A stretch of 39,118 bases of DNA from Patescibacteria group bacterium (GCA_024654485.1 JANLHO010000004.1:1-39118), one strand, 5' to 3'. Counted from the first letter of the stretch, positions 9,285 to 19,415 are shown. Notes: a model not told the origin generated them from the sequence alone. Made by a program: numbers and translations.

Positions 9285-9521
9285 TCAATCGCGCTTCTCA
9301 ACGACGATAGTGCACTTTGCTACAAGCGCAGCGATAGCTCCCGCGGCCGCTAGCAAAGGCGCTATGAGCGCCCCCACGGCGCCTACGGTCACCGGAAATT
9401 CTATGAGGGTCTTCCCCTCTTCGTTCTTGATGCTGATGCGCCGAGCATTGCCCTCCTTTATGACGCGCTTGATGAATGAAACGACATCATCCCCCGCCAC
9501 CTTGAATTCTTCCGTACTCAT
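9285..9521 (-). CDS. DUF4342-like protein
   Basis: EEFKV...IKEGNARRISIK...IEFPVTVG...P.LAA.GAIAALVAKCTIVVEK pattern. Confidence 0.8.
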   Translation of the reverse strand: MSTEEFKVAGDDVVSFIKRVIKEGNARRISIKNEEGKTLIEFPVTVGAVGALIAPLLAAAGAIAALVAKCTIVVEKRD

Positions 9522-9615
9522 AGCATTACTATACCAAATCCCCGCCGCCTCAAAAATACGCGCGCTTACGACAGGGGAAGGATTTTTAGAGCCTACCTTT
9601 TGTACATTGGGAAAC

Positions 9616-9670
9616 CGGCTAGTTTTCGTCCATGAGGCGCCAGAGATAGAAGCAAGCCACCGTGCGGTGG
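9616..9670. repeat. Orphan direct-repeat copy of the alkA 3' end
   Basis: 52 of 55 bases identical to 10436-10490. Confidence 0.92.
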
Positions 9671-9708
9671 TAACCGGCGGGCGAACGCTAGTGGGAATCT
9701 TTTTTGCT

Positions 9709-10401
9709 CTAACGGAACCATGCTAGTTTTGATCGAGAAACCTCAACAATCGATTTCTCGCTCAAATCGTAGAGTACGATTTTTCCCGTAGAGGCATCAT
9801 AGAGCATATTATGCGGCCCCATGTCTTCGAACGTGGAAAGTGCTGCCTCTATCTTCCTTGCTTTTGAGTCCAACTCTACATACTCGGGATGCTCTTGGGT
9901 TCCATGATTTTCTTCTATTTGCTCTAGGCGCTTAGATACGGTCGGCAGATTTATCCACCTGCTGACAAAATAACTCCTTCCTGTACCTTGATATCCGAGC
10001 AACGGCTCTACTACATCAACCCCTGGGACGTCCTCCAGAAGGTCTTTAGCCCTTAGCGTACTCGCGTATTCGTCAGTACCCTTTGCAGTTACACCAGACA
10101 GGACTCTATCTTTCTCTATCTTGACTAAAAACGAGGAGTCGTTCGTTGATACTTTGAGAACGTGACGCCTATGATTTTCACCAGAACGCCATCCTTTTAT
10201 CAGATTAATTGTGCCGGACTCTGATATAAATGACGGATGCTCTGCCAATTGTTGCCATGTCATTGAATCCAGCTGCTTCAGTACATCTTTCAGTGCTCTC
10301 ACTGTTTCCGGATTAGCCTTCAACCAAGCCCTAAAGTCCTCGTTGTATACCAAGCTTCGTGTATCCGTACTCTTTATCCGCTCAATCATAGAATCCGTCA
10401 C
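9709..10401 (-). CDS. Protein kinase-like (APH/Kdo/RIO-type) fold protein, AT-richer
   Basis: FLVK (beta3 Lys), helix C-like DE, FEDMGPHNMLY (DxxxxN) and LYDL (DFG equivalent). Confidence 0.65.
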   Translation of the reverse strand: MTDSMIERIKSTDTRSLVYNEDFRAWLKANPETVRALKDVLKQLDSMTWQQLAEHPSFISESGTINLIKGWRSGENHRRHVLKVSTNDSSFLVKIEKDRVLSGVTAKGTDEYASTLRAKDLLEDVPGVDVVEPLLGYQGTGRSYFVSRWINLPTVSKRLEQIEENHGTQEHPEYVELDSKARKIEAALSTFEDMGPHNMLYDASTGKIVLYDLSEKSIVEVSRSKLAWFR

Positions 10402-10438
10402 CTTATCATCTCACAAATTTTCGGGCTTAGTAAATCGG

Positions 10439-11062
10439 CTAGTTTTCGTCCATGAGGCGCCAGAGGTAGAAGCAGGCGACCGTGCGGTGGCCCCGCCAGC
10501 CCTTGGCTAGGAGGTGCATTTGCTCTGTGGTCGGGAGGGTTTTCAGGCCGAAGAGCTTTTTGAAGCCTTTTTGGATGCCGAGGTCGCCGGTGGGCAGGAT
10601 GTCGGGGCGGCCGAGGGTAAACATCATAAACATATGCGCAGTCCACTCCCCTATCCCTTTCACCGCCGTCACGTGGGCAATGACTTCCTCATCCGTCATC
10701 TTGGGAAATTTTTTCGTGTCTATCGTGCCGTCGGTGCATTTCTGCGCGAGGTCTTTGAGATAGGCGGACTTTTGCGCCGAGATGCCCGCGCTGCGCAGCT
10801 TCGCGGTGCGTATCTTCAAAACGTCCTCCGGCGTCGGAAACCTTTTACCCGGGAAAAGCGCGATGAATCTCCGTAGGATGGTCTCGGCCGCCTTTCCAGA
10901 GAGCTGCTGGAAGATGATGGTTCGTGCAAGCGATTGGAAAGCGCTCCTTGAGTGCCTCCGTCGGTGTGTGATGGCTCCATGCTTCTTTATGAAAGCACCC
11001 AAATGCGGATCGCGTGCGAGGCGGCGCGCCGATAGCTCAAGATTTTTTCGCTTTGCAGCCAT
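10439..11062 (-). CDS. alkA: DNA-3-methyladenine glycosylase II (HhH-GPD)
   Basis: IIFQQLS, LRSAGIS..K, VKGIGEWTA, DILPTGDLGI, RTVACFYLW. Confidence 0.92.
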   Translation of the reverse strand: MAAKRKNLELSARRLARDPHLGAFIKKHGAITHRRRHSRSAFQSLARTIIFQQLSGKAAETILRRFIALFPGKRFPTPEDVLKIRTAKLRSAGISAQKSAYLKDLAQKCTDGTIDTKKFPKMTDEEVIAHVTAVKGIGEWTAHMFMMFTLGRPDILPTGDLGIQKGFKKLFGLKTLPTTEQMHLLAKGWRGHRTVACFYLWRLMDEN

Positions 11063-11118
11063 AAGGCACCCCGTGGGTACGAATCATCCCACAAACATTC
11101 CTACAACTCTATTCTGAA

Positions 11119-12000
11119 TTACCGAATCCCCGTATCGCATGAGAGGTCAGCCACAAGCAGCGTGTCCGGTCCAATGGTGACATTTGTCGTCCCGCAGCTG
11201 GGAAAAGGAATACCTCCTATCGCCTGAAGGACATATTCGCCCGGCGGAAGAAACACTTTGTACACGCCCTCTTTGTCTGTTTCTACTGTGGCAAACGGCG
11301 AACTCCTGGCGTTCCCTACCGCTACAACCTGCACGGTCGTCTGGTACGGCCGGTCGTCACAATCCGGATCGGGTGGATCTCGCATCACCGGACACGTCGG
11401 CCCGAGCAAAACCCTGCCGGTAACACCCGATTTGAAAGGCAGTATGCCTGTACCCTTAGGGCTGGCCTCTTTGAAGAAGACCGGTATTTCCAAAGCGTCG
11501 TCATACTGCGAAAGGCCGGATGGATTGTCCTTCTGGAGTATAAGCGTACCCCTGTTGCTGTACACGTCTTTGTCTACCGTGAAAGTGAGAGTGGCTGCAA
11601 ATGGTACGAAATCAGTGGTCATCCACTCACCGTCTGCGGTAGCGATGCCCTCTGCGATGATGCGCCCGTCCCAGTCGGTCAGAACGACCGGAAAATCTCC
11701 TTCAAAAAACCAATTCCCACGCGCTTCTCCCGAGATAGCAAGCGGACTTTCTATGGTCTGATTGGGTCGCGGTGAGTCAAGGCGAATAAGGTCGGCCTTG
11801 TCCAGCTCATTGCCGATATCTTCCGTAAAGGTCCGCTCGCCGTCGCGGCACTGCCTCGGATAAGACTCCATTACCGGATTACCCGCTGCCACGCACTCCG
11901 CAAAATCGGTAGCCTGTGTGGAGGTCTCCACGCCGAACTGCCACCAAACAAATATGGCCGCGGCGAGTACCAAGACCGCGATAGGTATAATTTTCTTCAT
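11119..12000 (-). CDS. Exported protein with Gmad2-like Ig domain and Cys-rich modules
   Basis: Signal/TM; FAECVAAGNPVMESYPRQC; ISGEARGNWFFEGDFPV...DNPSG; C-terminal GPTCPV beta-sandwich. Confidence 0.75.
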   Translation of the reverse strand: MKKIIPIAVLVLAAAIFVWWQFGVETSTQATDFAECVAAGNPVMESYPRQCRDGERTFTEDIGNELDKADLIRLDSPRPNQTIESPLAISGEARGNWFFEGDFPVVLTDWDGRIIAEGIATADGEWMTTDFVPFAATLTFTVDKDVYSNRGTLILQKDNPSGLSQYDDALEIPVFFKEASPKGTGILPFKSGVTGRVLLGPTCPVMRDPPDPDCDDRPYQTTVQVVAVGNARSSPFATVETDKEGVYKVFLPPGEYVLQAIGGIPFPSCGTTNVTIGPDTLLVADLSCDTGIR

Positions 12001-12006
12001 ACGTCT

Positions 12007-12864
12007 TTATCGTTCCTGACGTATGACGGAGCCATCTGCGTTGGTGCGGAAGACATTTTGCTTGCCGGCCGCTTGTGTCGTCACCTCCCATCCGGGGGTG
12101 ATAACCTGAGCGCACATCTCGTTCGCACCGGCGAGTCCCAGACAGGAGTCGGGCCACTCCCTCTCATATGCCGAGAGAATGATGACCAGTCCTTCGCTCA
12201 CTCCCGATACTTCCGCCACATGTACACGAACGGCGGCGACCGCTTCCGGAACCGGAAGATTGTGTATGCTTCCCGGAGGCGCGTTGTCGGCGGAGGTAGG
12301 GATATTGCCGTCACCGAACTCCACCGATCGCAGGATATCTTCAAAGTCGGCGCGTATCCGGTCCGTCGGCGAATTGTAGAATGCGGTAAACATATAAACG
12401 TAAGACGGAAGCGCCACCACGACGTTGTCGTTCTCATACAGCCCTGTCGCGCTGTACTTCAGACCAGTCTCGCCACCTACCGAGATCTCTGCAGTATTGC
12501 CGTCGGAGAGTTTGAAGTTGGAGAAATTGGTACCCTCCACAAAGCCCCGCGTCGTGTAGTTGTCAAGATCGTTCTGGAAAATGGTGATTGTGATCGTCGG
12601 AGGACCTTCGGTCGCCGACCGGGGGTCGGAAAAGAGCGCCCTGTTCTCCGGCGTATCTTCCGCAAGCACTATCGCATGCCGATTGCGTTCACCTGTAGTG
12701 CTACTTTCATGCGCAACAAAATATCCGGACGGATATGCGAAACTCAATCCATACTCATCGGATCGGTACGTGGCGGGAGTTATCTCCTGCGTGACAGGAA
12801 TAAAATATAAGACGCCTGCGGCGAGGATGGCTAAAGCCACGAAGGTCAGGAATAGTTTTTGCAT
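12007..12864 (-). CDS. Exported hypothetical protein (PsbP-like domain plus WPDSCLG...CAQVITPG domain)
   Basis: Start at MQKLFL (signal/TM); YGLSFAYP motif. The ORF-track extension overlaps the rluA-family gene. Confidence 0.65.
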   Translation of the reverse strand: MQKLFLTFVALAILAAGVLYFIPVTQEITPATYRSDEYGLSFAYPSGYFVAHESSTTGERNRHAIVLAEDTPENRALFSDPRSATEGPPTITITIFQNDLDNYTTRGFVEGTNFSNFKLSDGNTAEISVGGETGLKYSATGLYENDNVVVALPSYVYMFTAFYNSPTDRIRADFEDILRSVEFGDGNIPTSADNAPPGSIHNLPVPEAVAAVRVHVAEVSGVSEGLVIILSAYEREWPDSCLGLAGANEMCAQVITPGWEVTTQAAGKQNVFRTNADGSVIRQER

Positions 12865-12883
12865 GCGTACATAATGCCATGGA

Positions 12884-13609
12884 TCAGGATTTTGGGAAAT
12901 CCGGCGGCAAGGGGGCGGTGAATTCGGCCTTTTGGCCGCTTGGCAGCGTGAGCGAAATACTGTGGGAGTGGAGTGCGGGGCGCGTAAAGCCGAGTATGGG
13001 CGCACATTCTGGAGCATACAGCCGGTCGGCAACTATTCCGTGGCCGATATGGGCGAGATGAACGCGGATCTGGTGCGTCCGCCCCGTCCTAGGCCGCGCC
13101 TCTACGTACGAAGCAGGTTCGCCCGTGGCGGGGTCCGACAGCTTCTCCAGAAGCTCCCACTCCGTGATGGCCGCGCGCTTGTCGCTCTTCTCGCAGACGC
13201 GCGCGTACCATCGGCGTGGCGACTCGGAACTGCGCATGATTTCTGCAACGATGATGCCCTTCTCATTTTCCATATGCCCGTGCACGTAGACGCGATATGT
13301 CTTCTCAATTCGCCGAGCTTTGAATTCACTCTTGAGATATCCGTACATTTCAGAAGTCTTAGCGACGAGCAAGACTCCGCTCGTCGTCCTGTCCAGTCGG
13401 TGCACGATTCCGTTCAGGTCAATGTTCTCGCCCTGCGGGGAGACCCACGCGCCGCCGATGCCTTTGAGCGCCGGATACTCTTTAGCGAGCCACTCGGCGA
13501 CACTCGGCTCCTCGGTGCGACCGTCGCTGTGCACGATAAGCCCTGCGGGCTTGTCTAACGCCAGCATTTCTTCGGTCTCTGCCAGTACTTTCGGCACAAC
13601 TGTAGGCAA
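12884..13609 (-). CDS. RluA-family pseudouridine synthase
   Basis: DKPAGLIVH, HRLDRTTSG, TGRTHQIRVH. Confidence 0.93.
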   Translation of the reverse strand: MPTVVPKVLAETEEMLALDKPAGLIVHSDGRTEEPSVAEWLAKEYPALKGIGGAWVSPQGENIDLNGIVHRLDRTTSGVLLVAKTSEMYGYLKSEFKARRIEKTYRVYVHGHMENEKGIIVAEIMRSSESPRRWYARVCEKSDKRAAITEWELLEKLSDPATGEPASYVEARPRTGRTHQIRVHLAHIGHGIVADRLYAPECAPILGFTRPALHSHSISLTLPSGQKAEFTAPLPPDFPKS

Positions 13610-13625
13610 CGTGAACCCAGGAATC

Positions 13626-14078
13626 CTAGCGCACCTTTGTGAAGGAAAGTATGTTGCCCATGCCGGAGAGATATATCATCTCAAGCGACGTATCCGTAAG
13701 CGTGAATATGGAGAAGTACAGCGGCTCTTCGCCGGAGAACGATATAGCGATAACACTCATGCCCTCCAGAGCGGAAGCGGGCACCGGAAGATCGGTTTGC
13801 GACGCGTCTACACTGGCGTACGTACCCGTCTGCGTCGCCGAAGGCACGCCTTCGTAGCTATCAGTCACAGTACCGTCAACCCTGAACTCACGCATGAATT
13901 TCGGGTCCTGGGTGGAGCGCCATGTGCCGACCAGCGCGTCCTGCGTATTTTCAGCGCCCGTTGCACTCTCCTGCGTTGCGGAAGCCTGCTGCAAAACAAC
14001 GCGATTATCGTGGAAATAATACGCGAGTCCCGCAAGGACAATCAGAACTCCTATAAGCCACCAGACAGACTTGTTCAT
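13626..14078 (-). CDS. Membrane-anchored hypothetical protein (lipocalin-like beta pattern)
   Basis: N-terminal TM; LVGTW...F..DGT...GTY. Confidence 0.65.
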   Translation of the reverse strand: MNKSVWWLIGVLIVLAGLAYYFHDNRVVLQQASATQESATGAENTQDALVGTWRSTQDPKFMREFRVDGTVTDSYEGVPSATQTGTYASVDASQTDLPVPASALEGMSVIAISFSGEEPLYFSIFTLTDTSLEMIYLSGMGNILSFTKVR

Positions 14079-14088
14079 ATTATGTTTT

Positions 14089-14529
14089 TTATCGCTCTTC
14101 TAAATCAAGACACACCGAATTGATGCAGTAGCGCTTGCCCGTCTTGGTCGGGCCGTCGTCAAATACGTGCCCCAAGTGCGAACCGCAGCGCGCGCAGGTT
14201 ATCTCGGTGCGAGTCATTCCATGAGATGTGTCGGAGTGCTGCTCTATCGCACCCGGCAGCGCCTCATCAAAAGAAGGCCACCCTGTGCCGGAATCAAATT
14301 TCGCGTACGAAGAGAACAGTGCGTTGCCGCATGCTTTGCACTCGTAAGTTCCGTCGGCCTTTTCGTGGACGTATTCGCCGCTGAAAGGCGCCTCCGTCCC
14401 TTTCTCGCGCAGTATCTCGTACTGCTCCGGCGTGAGATTCTTCTTCCATTCTTCTTCGCTGTCCGGCATGGGTTTCTTTCCGGCAGAGACGGATCCGCCT
14501 TGGGCGGACATATTGTCAGCAGAGCTCAT
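14089..14529 (-). CDS. msrB: Peptide-methionine (R)-S-oxide reductase
   Basis: LTPEQY..LR..GTE, CxxC twice, [23 protein letters not shown]. Confidence 0.96.
   Translation of the reverse strand: MSSADNMSAQGGSVSAGKKPMPDSEEEWKKNLTPEQYEILREKGTEAPFSGEYVHEKADGTYECKACGNALFSSYAKFDSGTGWPSFDEALPGAIEQHSDTSHGMTRTEITCARCGSHLGHVFDDGPTKTGKRYCINSVCLDLEER
14479..14508. repeat. 30-bp double-hairpin palindromic repeat (type A) in the msrB N-terminus
   Basis: TCCGGC-AGA-GACGGA plus TCCGCC-TTG-GGCGGA; encodes [10 protein letters not shown]. Confidence 0.75.
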
Positions 14530-14560
14530 GGGACAATTATATCAAACCAGCTACCGATTA

Positions 14561-16357
14561 TCACTGACGTCTGGCACGCGTTCTGTCTATATCCGTAAGT
14601 TGCTGCTTACGCAAACGCACGGATTTCGGCGTTATTTCAAGATATTCGTCCTCGGCCATGACCTCCAGCCCGCGCTCTATGGTGAGCTCAAACGGCGGCA
14701 CCAGCTGTATGGCGTCGTCAGAGGACTTGGAGCGCATGTTGGTAAGCTGCTTGCCTTTGGACGGGTTGACGGTCATCTCCTCGCCCTTTGACGTGTTGCC
14801 CATGACCTGTCCTTCGTATACTTCCGACCCCGGACCGATGTAAAGGACGCCTCGCTCCTGCAGATTCCAGAGCGCATAGCCGAGAGCTTTGCCGGACACC
14901 ATGGATATCATGGAGCCCACCTGCTTTTTCTTTATCTCGCCGGCGTGATCCCTGAATCCGATGGTGCGCGAAGAAATTATACCCTCGCCCTTCGTATCAA
15001 GTACGAACTGATTGCGATAGCCCAAGAGGCCCCGGGTCGGGCCTTCAAATATGAGGCGCACCTGGTTCTCGTGAACCTTCATGTCCTTAATTATGAACTT
15101 CCGCGTCCCGAGGCGCTCTATGATGGGACCCTGATATTCCGATGGCGTGTCTATCACGACCTCTTCATATGGTTCCAGCTTCTTGCCATTCTCCTCGCGG
15201 AAAATGACCTGCGGCTGCGATACCTGCACCTCATACCCCTCGCGGCGCATGTTCTCCAGAAGAATCGCGATATGCAGCTCGCCTCGGCCGGAAACCTTGA
15301 AGGTGTCGCCTTCCGAGAAGTCCACACGCAGACCTACATTTACCTCAAGCTCGCGCTCAAGCCTGTCGCGTATCTGGCGCGATGTGACATATGTGCCCTC
15401 GCGCCCCGAGAACGGGGAACTGTTTACGAGAAAGTTGAGAGTTATCGTCGGGTCATCCACGTGGATGGAAGGCAGCGCATCCACATCGGCATTTGTGGCT
15501 ATAGTCTCTCCGATAAATATATCGGGCAGTCCCGCCACCATCACAATGTCTCCGGCATCCGCCGACGCGGCGTCTACGCGCTTCAGGCCATGAAAGGTGA
15601 AGAGCTTGGTGAGCTTGCCGTTTCGCGTCTCTCCGTTTGCTCCTTTCACGAAGACGCTATCTCCAGACTTTAAAACACCATCATAGACGCGCGCTATCGC
15701 CAGGCGTCCGAGGAAATTGTCGTATGCCAGATTGAAAGGCTGCGCACGCGCCGGCAGGGCGAGTGCTTCTTTTGAGGCGGCGGCCGGCACTCGCTCCAGA
15801 ATGGTGTCAAGAAGCGGCGTTAGGTCGGCTCCGGCCGGCGTATCGTCGGAAAGTTTCAGTTTCGCTATGCCCTGCTTGCCTATCGTGTAGACGACGGGGA
15901 AATCCGCCTGTTCGTCCGTGGCACCAAGCTCCAGAAAAAGCTCCAGCACTTGCTCCTCGCATTTGTGCGGATCGGCCGCCGGTTTATCTATCTTGTTGAT
16001 TACCACTATCGGTTTGAGGCCGAGCTCAAGCGATTTTTTCAAAACGAAGCGCGTTTGCGGCATAGGACCTTCCTGCGCGTCTACCACAAGAAGAACGCTG
16101 TCTATGGAGCGCAGAACGCGCTCCACTTCGCTGCCGAAATCGGCGTGACCGGGCGTATCTACGATATTTATTTTTGTATCCTTGTATGAGACAGCCGCGT
16201 TCTTGGAATAAATCGTTATGCCGCGTTCCAACTCAAGCGCGTTGGAGTCCATGGATACGCCCTCTTCAGCGGCCCCAGTCTGACGCAGCAGTGCATCCGT
16301 CAAGGTCGTTTTCCCATGATCGACATGGGCTATGATTGCTATATTCCTAATTTCCAT
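14561..16357 (-). CDS. typA: Translational GTPase TypA/BipA
   Basis: [56 protein letters not shown]. Confidence 0.97.
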   Translation of the reverse strand: MEIRNIAIIAHVDHGKTTLTDALLRQTGAAEEGVSMDSNALELERGITIYSKNAAVSYKDTKINIVDTPGHADFGSEVERVLRSIDSVLLVVDAQEGPMPQTRFVLKKSLELGLKPIVVINKIDKPAADPHKCEEQVLELFLELGATDEQADFPVVYTIGKQGIAKLKLSDDTPAGADLTPLLDTILERVPAAASKEALALPARAQPFNLAYDNFLGRLAIARVYDGVLKSGDSVFVKGANGETRNGKLTKLFTFHGLKRVDAASADAGDIVMVAGLPDIFIGETIATNADVDALPSIHVDDPTITLNFLVNSSPFSGREGTYVTSRQIRDRLERELEVNVGLRVDFSEGDTFKVSGRGELHIAILLENMRREGYEVQVSQPQVIFREENGKKLEPYEEVVIDTPSEYQGPIIERLGTRKFIIKDMKVHENQVRLIFEGPTRGLLGYRNQFVLDTKGEGIISSRTIGFRDHAGEIKKKQVGSMISMVSGKALGYALWNLQERGVLYIGPGSEVYEGQVMGNTSKGEEMTVNPSKGKQLTNMRSKSSDDAIQLVPPFELTIERGLEVMAEDEYLEITPKSVRLRKQQLTDIDRTRARRQ

Positions 16358-16508
16358 AATGGTCAACGCCTGCCCCGTAGCCAACGCGTAGCGTTGTACT
16401 ATCGGGGTGCGCGATAATAGCTATGTTGCGGATTTCCATACACAAATGAAAAAAGCCCCGCGCCGCGAGGCGTATTCCCATACTATGCCATAAAACGGCT
16501 TACGTCAA
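16358..16508 (-). promoter_or_regulatory. typA sigma70 promoter and structured 5' leader
   Basis: TTGACG-N17-TAGTAT; leader hairpin CCCCG.TAG..CAACGC-TAC-GCGTTG.CTACGGGG. Confidence 0.55.
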
Positions 16509-16510
16509 TG

Positions 16511-17242
16511 CTATTTTAGCTGCGGGTCTATAACGGAGGTGAAATCCGATAGCGGTGCCGCACCGGGTATGAGGGTCTTTCCTGTGATGAATCCCGGCGT
16601 ACCCTGTATTCCGAATTTTACTCCCTCTTCGCGATTGGCGGTGATGGCGGCGTCGTACTTGTCTTGATTGGACTCAAGAGCCTGCTTCACTTTCGCGAGA
16701 TCCATTTGCGGAAGTTCCGTGCGTATCATCTCATCTATAGAGGCTGCATCGCCGAAGCCCTGATCGCCCTCTTCGTCCTGCTCCTCGTACATCGCCGTTC
16801 GGAAAGCGAAGTATTGCTCCGGATACAAATCCCAGACGGCACGCGCATATTCGGCTCCCGTAATAGAATCCTCACCCAGGAAAGGATAATCTTTGAACAC
16901 TATGCGGAGCTTGCCGGTCTCCACGTATTGTTTGATCAGGTCGGGCACGGCAGGGTCAATGGGTATCTGGGGATGGCCCACTTCCACCGCCTTGCAATAA
17001 GGGCACTGGAAATCTGCCCAGAAAGCGAGCGTGACCGGCGCATTTTTGTCGCCTATGTACGGGTCTCCGTCCGTACTCACATCCTTTATGTCTACCTTTG
17101 GCTGTGCTGCCCCGCCGACACTGGCGCCGCCTTGGCTGGATAGGCCGAAATACAATCCGCCCGCGACCAAAACACCCGCAAGAAGAATGGCGCCGGGGAG
17201 GTAGAGCTTGCTGTAATCATTTGCGCCGGACTGCGGAGGCAT
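16511..17242 (-). CDS. DsbA/BdbD-family thioredoxin-fold protein
   Basis: TM anchor, DFQCPYC, FKDYPFLG, cis-Pro GTP. Confidence 0.9.
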   Translation of the reverse strand: MPPQSGANDYSKLYLPGAILLAGVLVAGGLYFGLSSQGGASVGGAAQPKVDIKDVSTDGDPYIGDKNAPVTLAFWADFQCPYCKAVEVGHPQIPIDPAVPDLIKQYVETGKLRIVFKDYPFLGEDSITGAEYARAVWDLYPEQYFAFRTAMYEEQDEEGDQGFGDAASIDEMIRTELPQMDLAKVKQALESNQDKYDAAITANREEGVKFGIQGTPGFITGKTLIPGAAPLSDFTSVIDPQLK

Positions 17243-17283
17243 AGTCGTATCATTCTACACCATATTATTGAAACGCAAACCTG

Positions 17284-17415
17284 CCCGCACACCAACTTTC
17301 TCATAGCTCCGTTTTGCCGTAGGCTTGGCTAACCATTTCCACAATTTCATTTCAGGGCGAATCCATTACATTCACGTATTGTTTTCGCAAAACAATGCGA
17401 AAATTGGTGTGCGGG
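17284..17415. repeat. 132-bp element with 17-bp terminal inverted repeats (MITE-like)
   Basis: CCCGCACACCAACTTTC ... GAAAATTGGTGTGCGGG (1 mismatch); AT-rich interior. Confidence 0.55.
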
Positions 17416-17443
17416 AGTGGGGATAGTCGGGAATGGACAGCGA

Positions 17444-18985
17444 CTACAATCCTGCGAGCTGCTGGTTGAGCTTGGCGCGGGTCTTGGGTCCGACGTAGCC
17501 GTACCCGGGATTGCCCGCTTTCGCAATGCCGTATTTAATCTGAAATTTCTCCACGGCGTGGGTCGTGGCCGGCCCGAAGTAGCTGGTCTCGCGTCCGGGC
17601 GAGCCCGCTCCACTCTCGGCAACCAGCGTGTCTGTATCGGTGTTGAGGAGTTCCTGTAGCCTGCGAACGTCATCGCCCGTGGCACCGAAATCAAGTCCAC
17701 GTGTGAAAGCTGATGCGGAAGATACCGAGCCGCTGGTCGCGACCGGCTGCGATGCCACTCCTTTGAGGACTCCCCACATGTTGGGATCCTGCCCGCCGTC
17801 CAGCTTAAATATCGCGATGCCGCGCACTCCGAGCTTTTTCGCGAGCGCAACCTTCTGCGCTATGGACGCCGCGTCGGGCCAATCCATGAGACGGAACGTC
17901 AGGTGAGAGTTGTACGAGTCCGCGTACAAGGATGCGGCCGTAGCCGCCAAGAGCGCCGACATCGGCGCGGCCACGACGGGTGCCGTACCGGAATCCGTCG
18001 GCGTATATGTGAAGTGGATCTCGCCTGCGGTATTGCGCTGCGGCATCACGCCGTACTGCGCCGCAATGGGCAATGCGTAGCCCGGATTAAAAGTCCAGAG
18101 TATCTTGTAGACATAGTCGCTTCCCGCATACACCGTCACGTCATATTCATAACCGTACGTCGGGACTCCTATCAGGATCTTGCTTCTATCTATGTCCCTC
18201 GCCATCAGATTTACCACCTTTTCCACCCACAGAGGATCGGCTACCGGCGCGTAGAGTTGCGAGGAGGACGCGGCAGCCGCGCTAAGCGCCAGATCTATTC
18301 CCTGCTGATCGTACGCCATTATCTTTACGCGATCACAGTATTTGTTTATCTCCACGAGGTCGTTGGCATAGATGCCGGCGTCCGGAGGAGTGTCGGTACC
18401 GTAGTAGCGACTGCCGATCGGAGTGCGCGCCTCTATGTCGCACATCACCCACTTATTCCCCATGCGCTGATACAGACCCTTTAGAAAGGTGGAGAAGTAA
18501 TCCTTATCTGCCGCGTACTTGCCTTCAAAATCTATCTCTATGCCGTCAAATCCTTTTTCTTTCACGAGATCCGCGATTCGGTCTTCCAGAGCGATGCGCG
18601 AAGCCGTGTCGCTGAGTATCTTGTGCAGAAGTGCTCCGTTCCCTGTCATAACCGTAGGGATGACGCGAACCTTTTTCGCACGGGCCGCGGCGATGAAGCT
18701 CTTCCACGGCTCCTCGTCAAGATTGCCGTTGTCCGAAAGCGTGCCATCGTTTTTTAGCGTGTACACGAAAGGGTTGACCTCGGTGAGATCGTCAAGGTGA
18801 GGCAGGACATCAATCGTACCCGTCGCCGCGCGCCAGTACGGTATCCAGCCCGACACCTCAAACCCGCCGGATGAAGGAGTCGCGGCGGAAGCCGTGAAAG
18901 GCAGCCCCAAAAAAACGAGAGCCGTCAGTGCGACGCATCGCCCGATCATGTGCATATATATCGTCTGACGTACTGCATTACTCAT
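17444..18985 (-). CDS. GH18 glycoside hydrolase with C-terminal peptidoglycan-binding domain
   Basis: FDGIEIDFE, IMAYD, KILIGVPTYGY; C-terminal DVRRLQELLN...YFGPAT...FQ...VGPKTR. Confidence 0.88.
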   Translation of the reverse strand: MSNAVRQTIYMHMIGRCVALTALVFLGLPFTASAATPSSGGFEVSGWIPYWRAATGTIDVLPHLDDLTEVNPFVYTLKNDGTLSDNGNLDEEPWKSFIAAARAKKVRVIPTVMTGNGALLHKILSDTASRIALEDRIADLVKEKGFDGIEIDFEGKYAADKDYFSTFLKGLYQRMGNKWVMCDIEARTPIGSRYYGTDTPPDAGIYANDLVEINKYCDRVKIMAYDQQGIDLALSAAAASSSQLYAPVADPLWVEKVVNLMARDIDRSKILIGVPTYGYEYDVTVYAGSDYVYKILWTFNPGYALPIAAQYGVMPQRNTAGEIHFTYTPTDSGTAPVVAAPMSALLAATAASLYADSYNSHLTFRLMDWPDAASIAQKVALAKKLGVRGIAIFKLDGGQDPNMWGVLKGVASQPVATSGSVSSASAFTRGLDFGATGDDVRRLQELLNTDTDTLVAESGAGSPGRETSYFGPATTHAVEKFQIKYGIAKAGNPGYGYVGPKTRAKLNQQLAGL

Positions 18986-19025
18986 TTCTTACACATTATA
19001 CAAATCGTACACAGTGCGTCAGCCC

Positions 19026-19400
19026 CTAGCGAACCACTATCGTCGCGGAAAAATCATCATTCACCAATTTACAGGTGCCTATGGCTATCGCCTCAAGGCG
19101 TACCGAGTAGAGAGGAGTCTCTTTCTTGGCGGTACCGGGAACTTCTCCCAGAACACTTTCGGGTATGCAATCCAGATGTTCCCTCGGATTGCTGTTCTCG
19201 TTCAGGGTGAGGGTAAAGCGCGTTGTGACCCCGTACGTAAAAGTCTTACCCCTATCCTCCTGATATATGTCGTGCGGACACTCCCCCATCTTGCACGGCT
19301 CCGAGTCGGCAGGCGCAAATGCCTGCAGCTTGTACATGCTCCAGAGCAGGGCGCCGATAAAAATAACCGGTATAATCGCCGTAGCAAAAACGGGCCTCAT
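19026..19400 (-). CDS. Membrane-anchored hypothetical protein
   Basis: N-terminal TM and 4 Cys; TGCTACAAT 6 nt upstream. Confidence 0.7.
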   Translation of the reverse strand: MRPVFATAIIPVIFIGALLWSMYKLQAFAPADSEPCKMGECPHDIYQEDRGKTFTYGVTTRFTLTLNENSNPREHLDCIPESVLGEVPGTAKKETPLYSVRLEAIAIGTCKLVNDDFSATIVVR

Positions 19401-19415
19401 GCACGAATTGTAGCA

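Noticed and set aside
15820..15850. typA DTPAGAD segment as another palindromic insert
   Set aside because: Only a short CCGGCCGG dyad in a naturally variable loop; it does not match the repeat types.
17347..17850. 167-aa alternative-frame ORF
   Set aside because: It overlaps the GH18 C-terminus out of frame and has no recognisable motifs.
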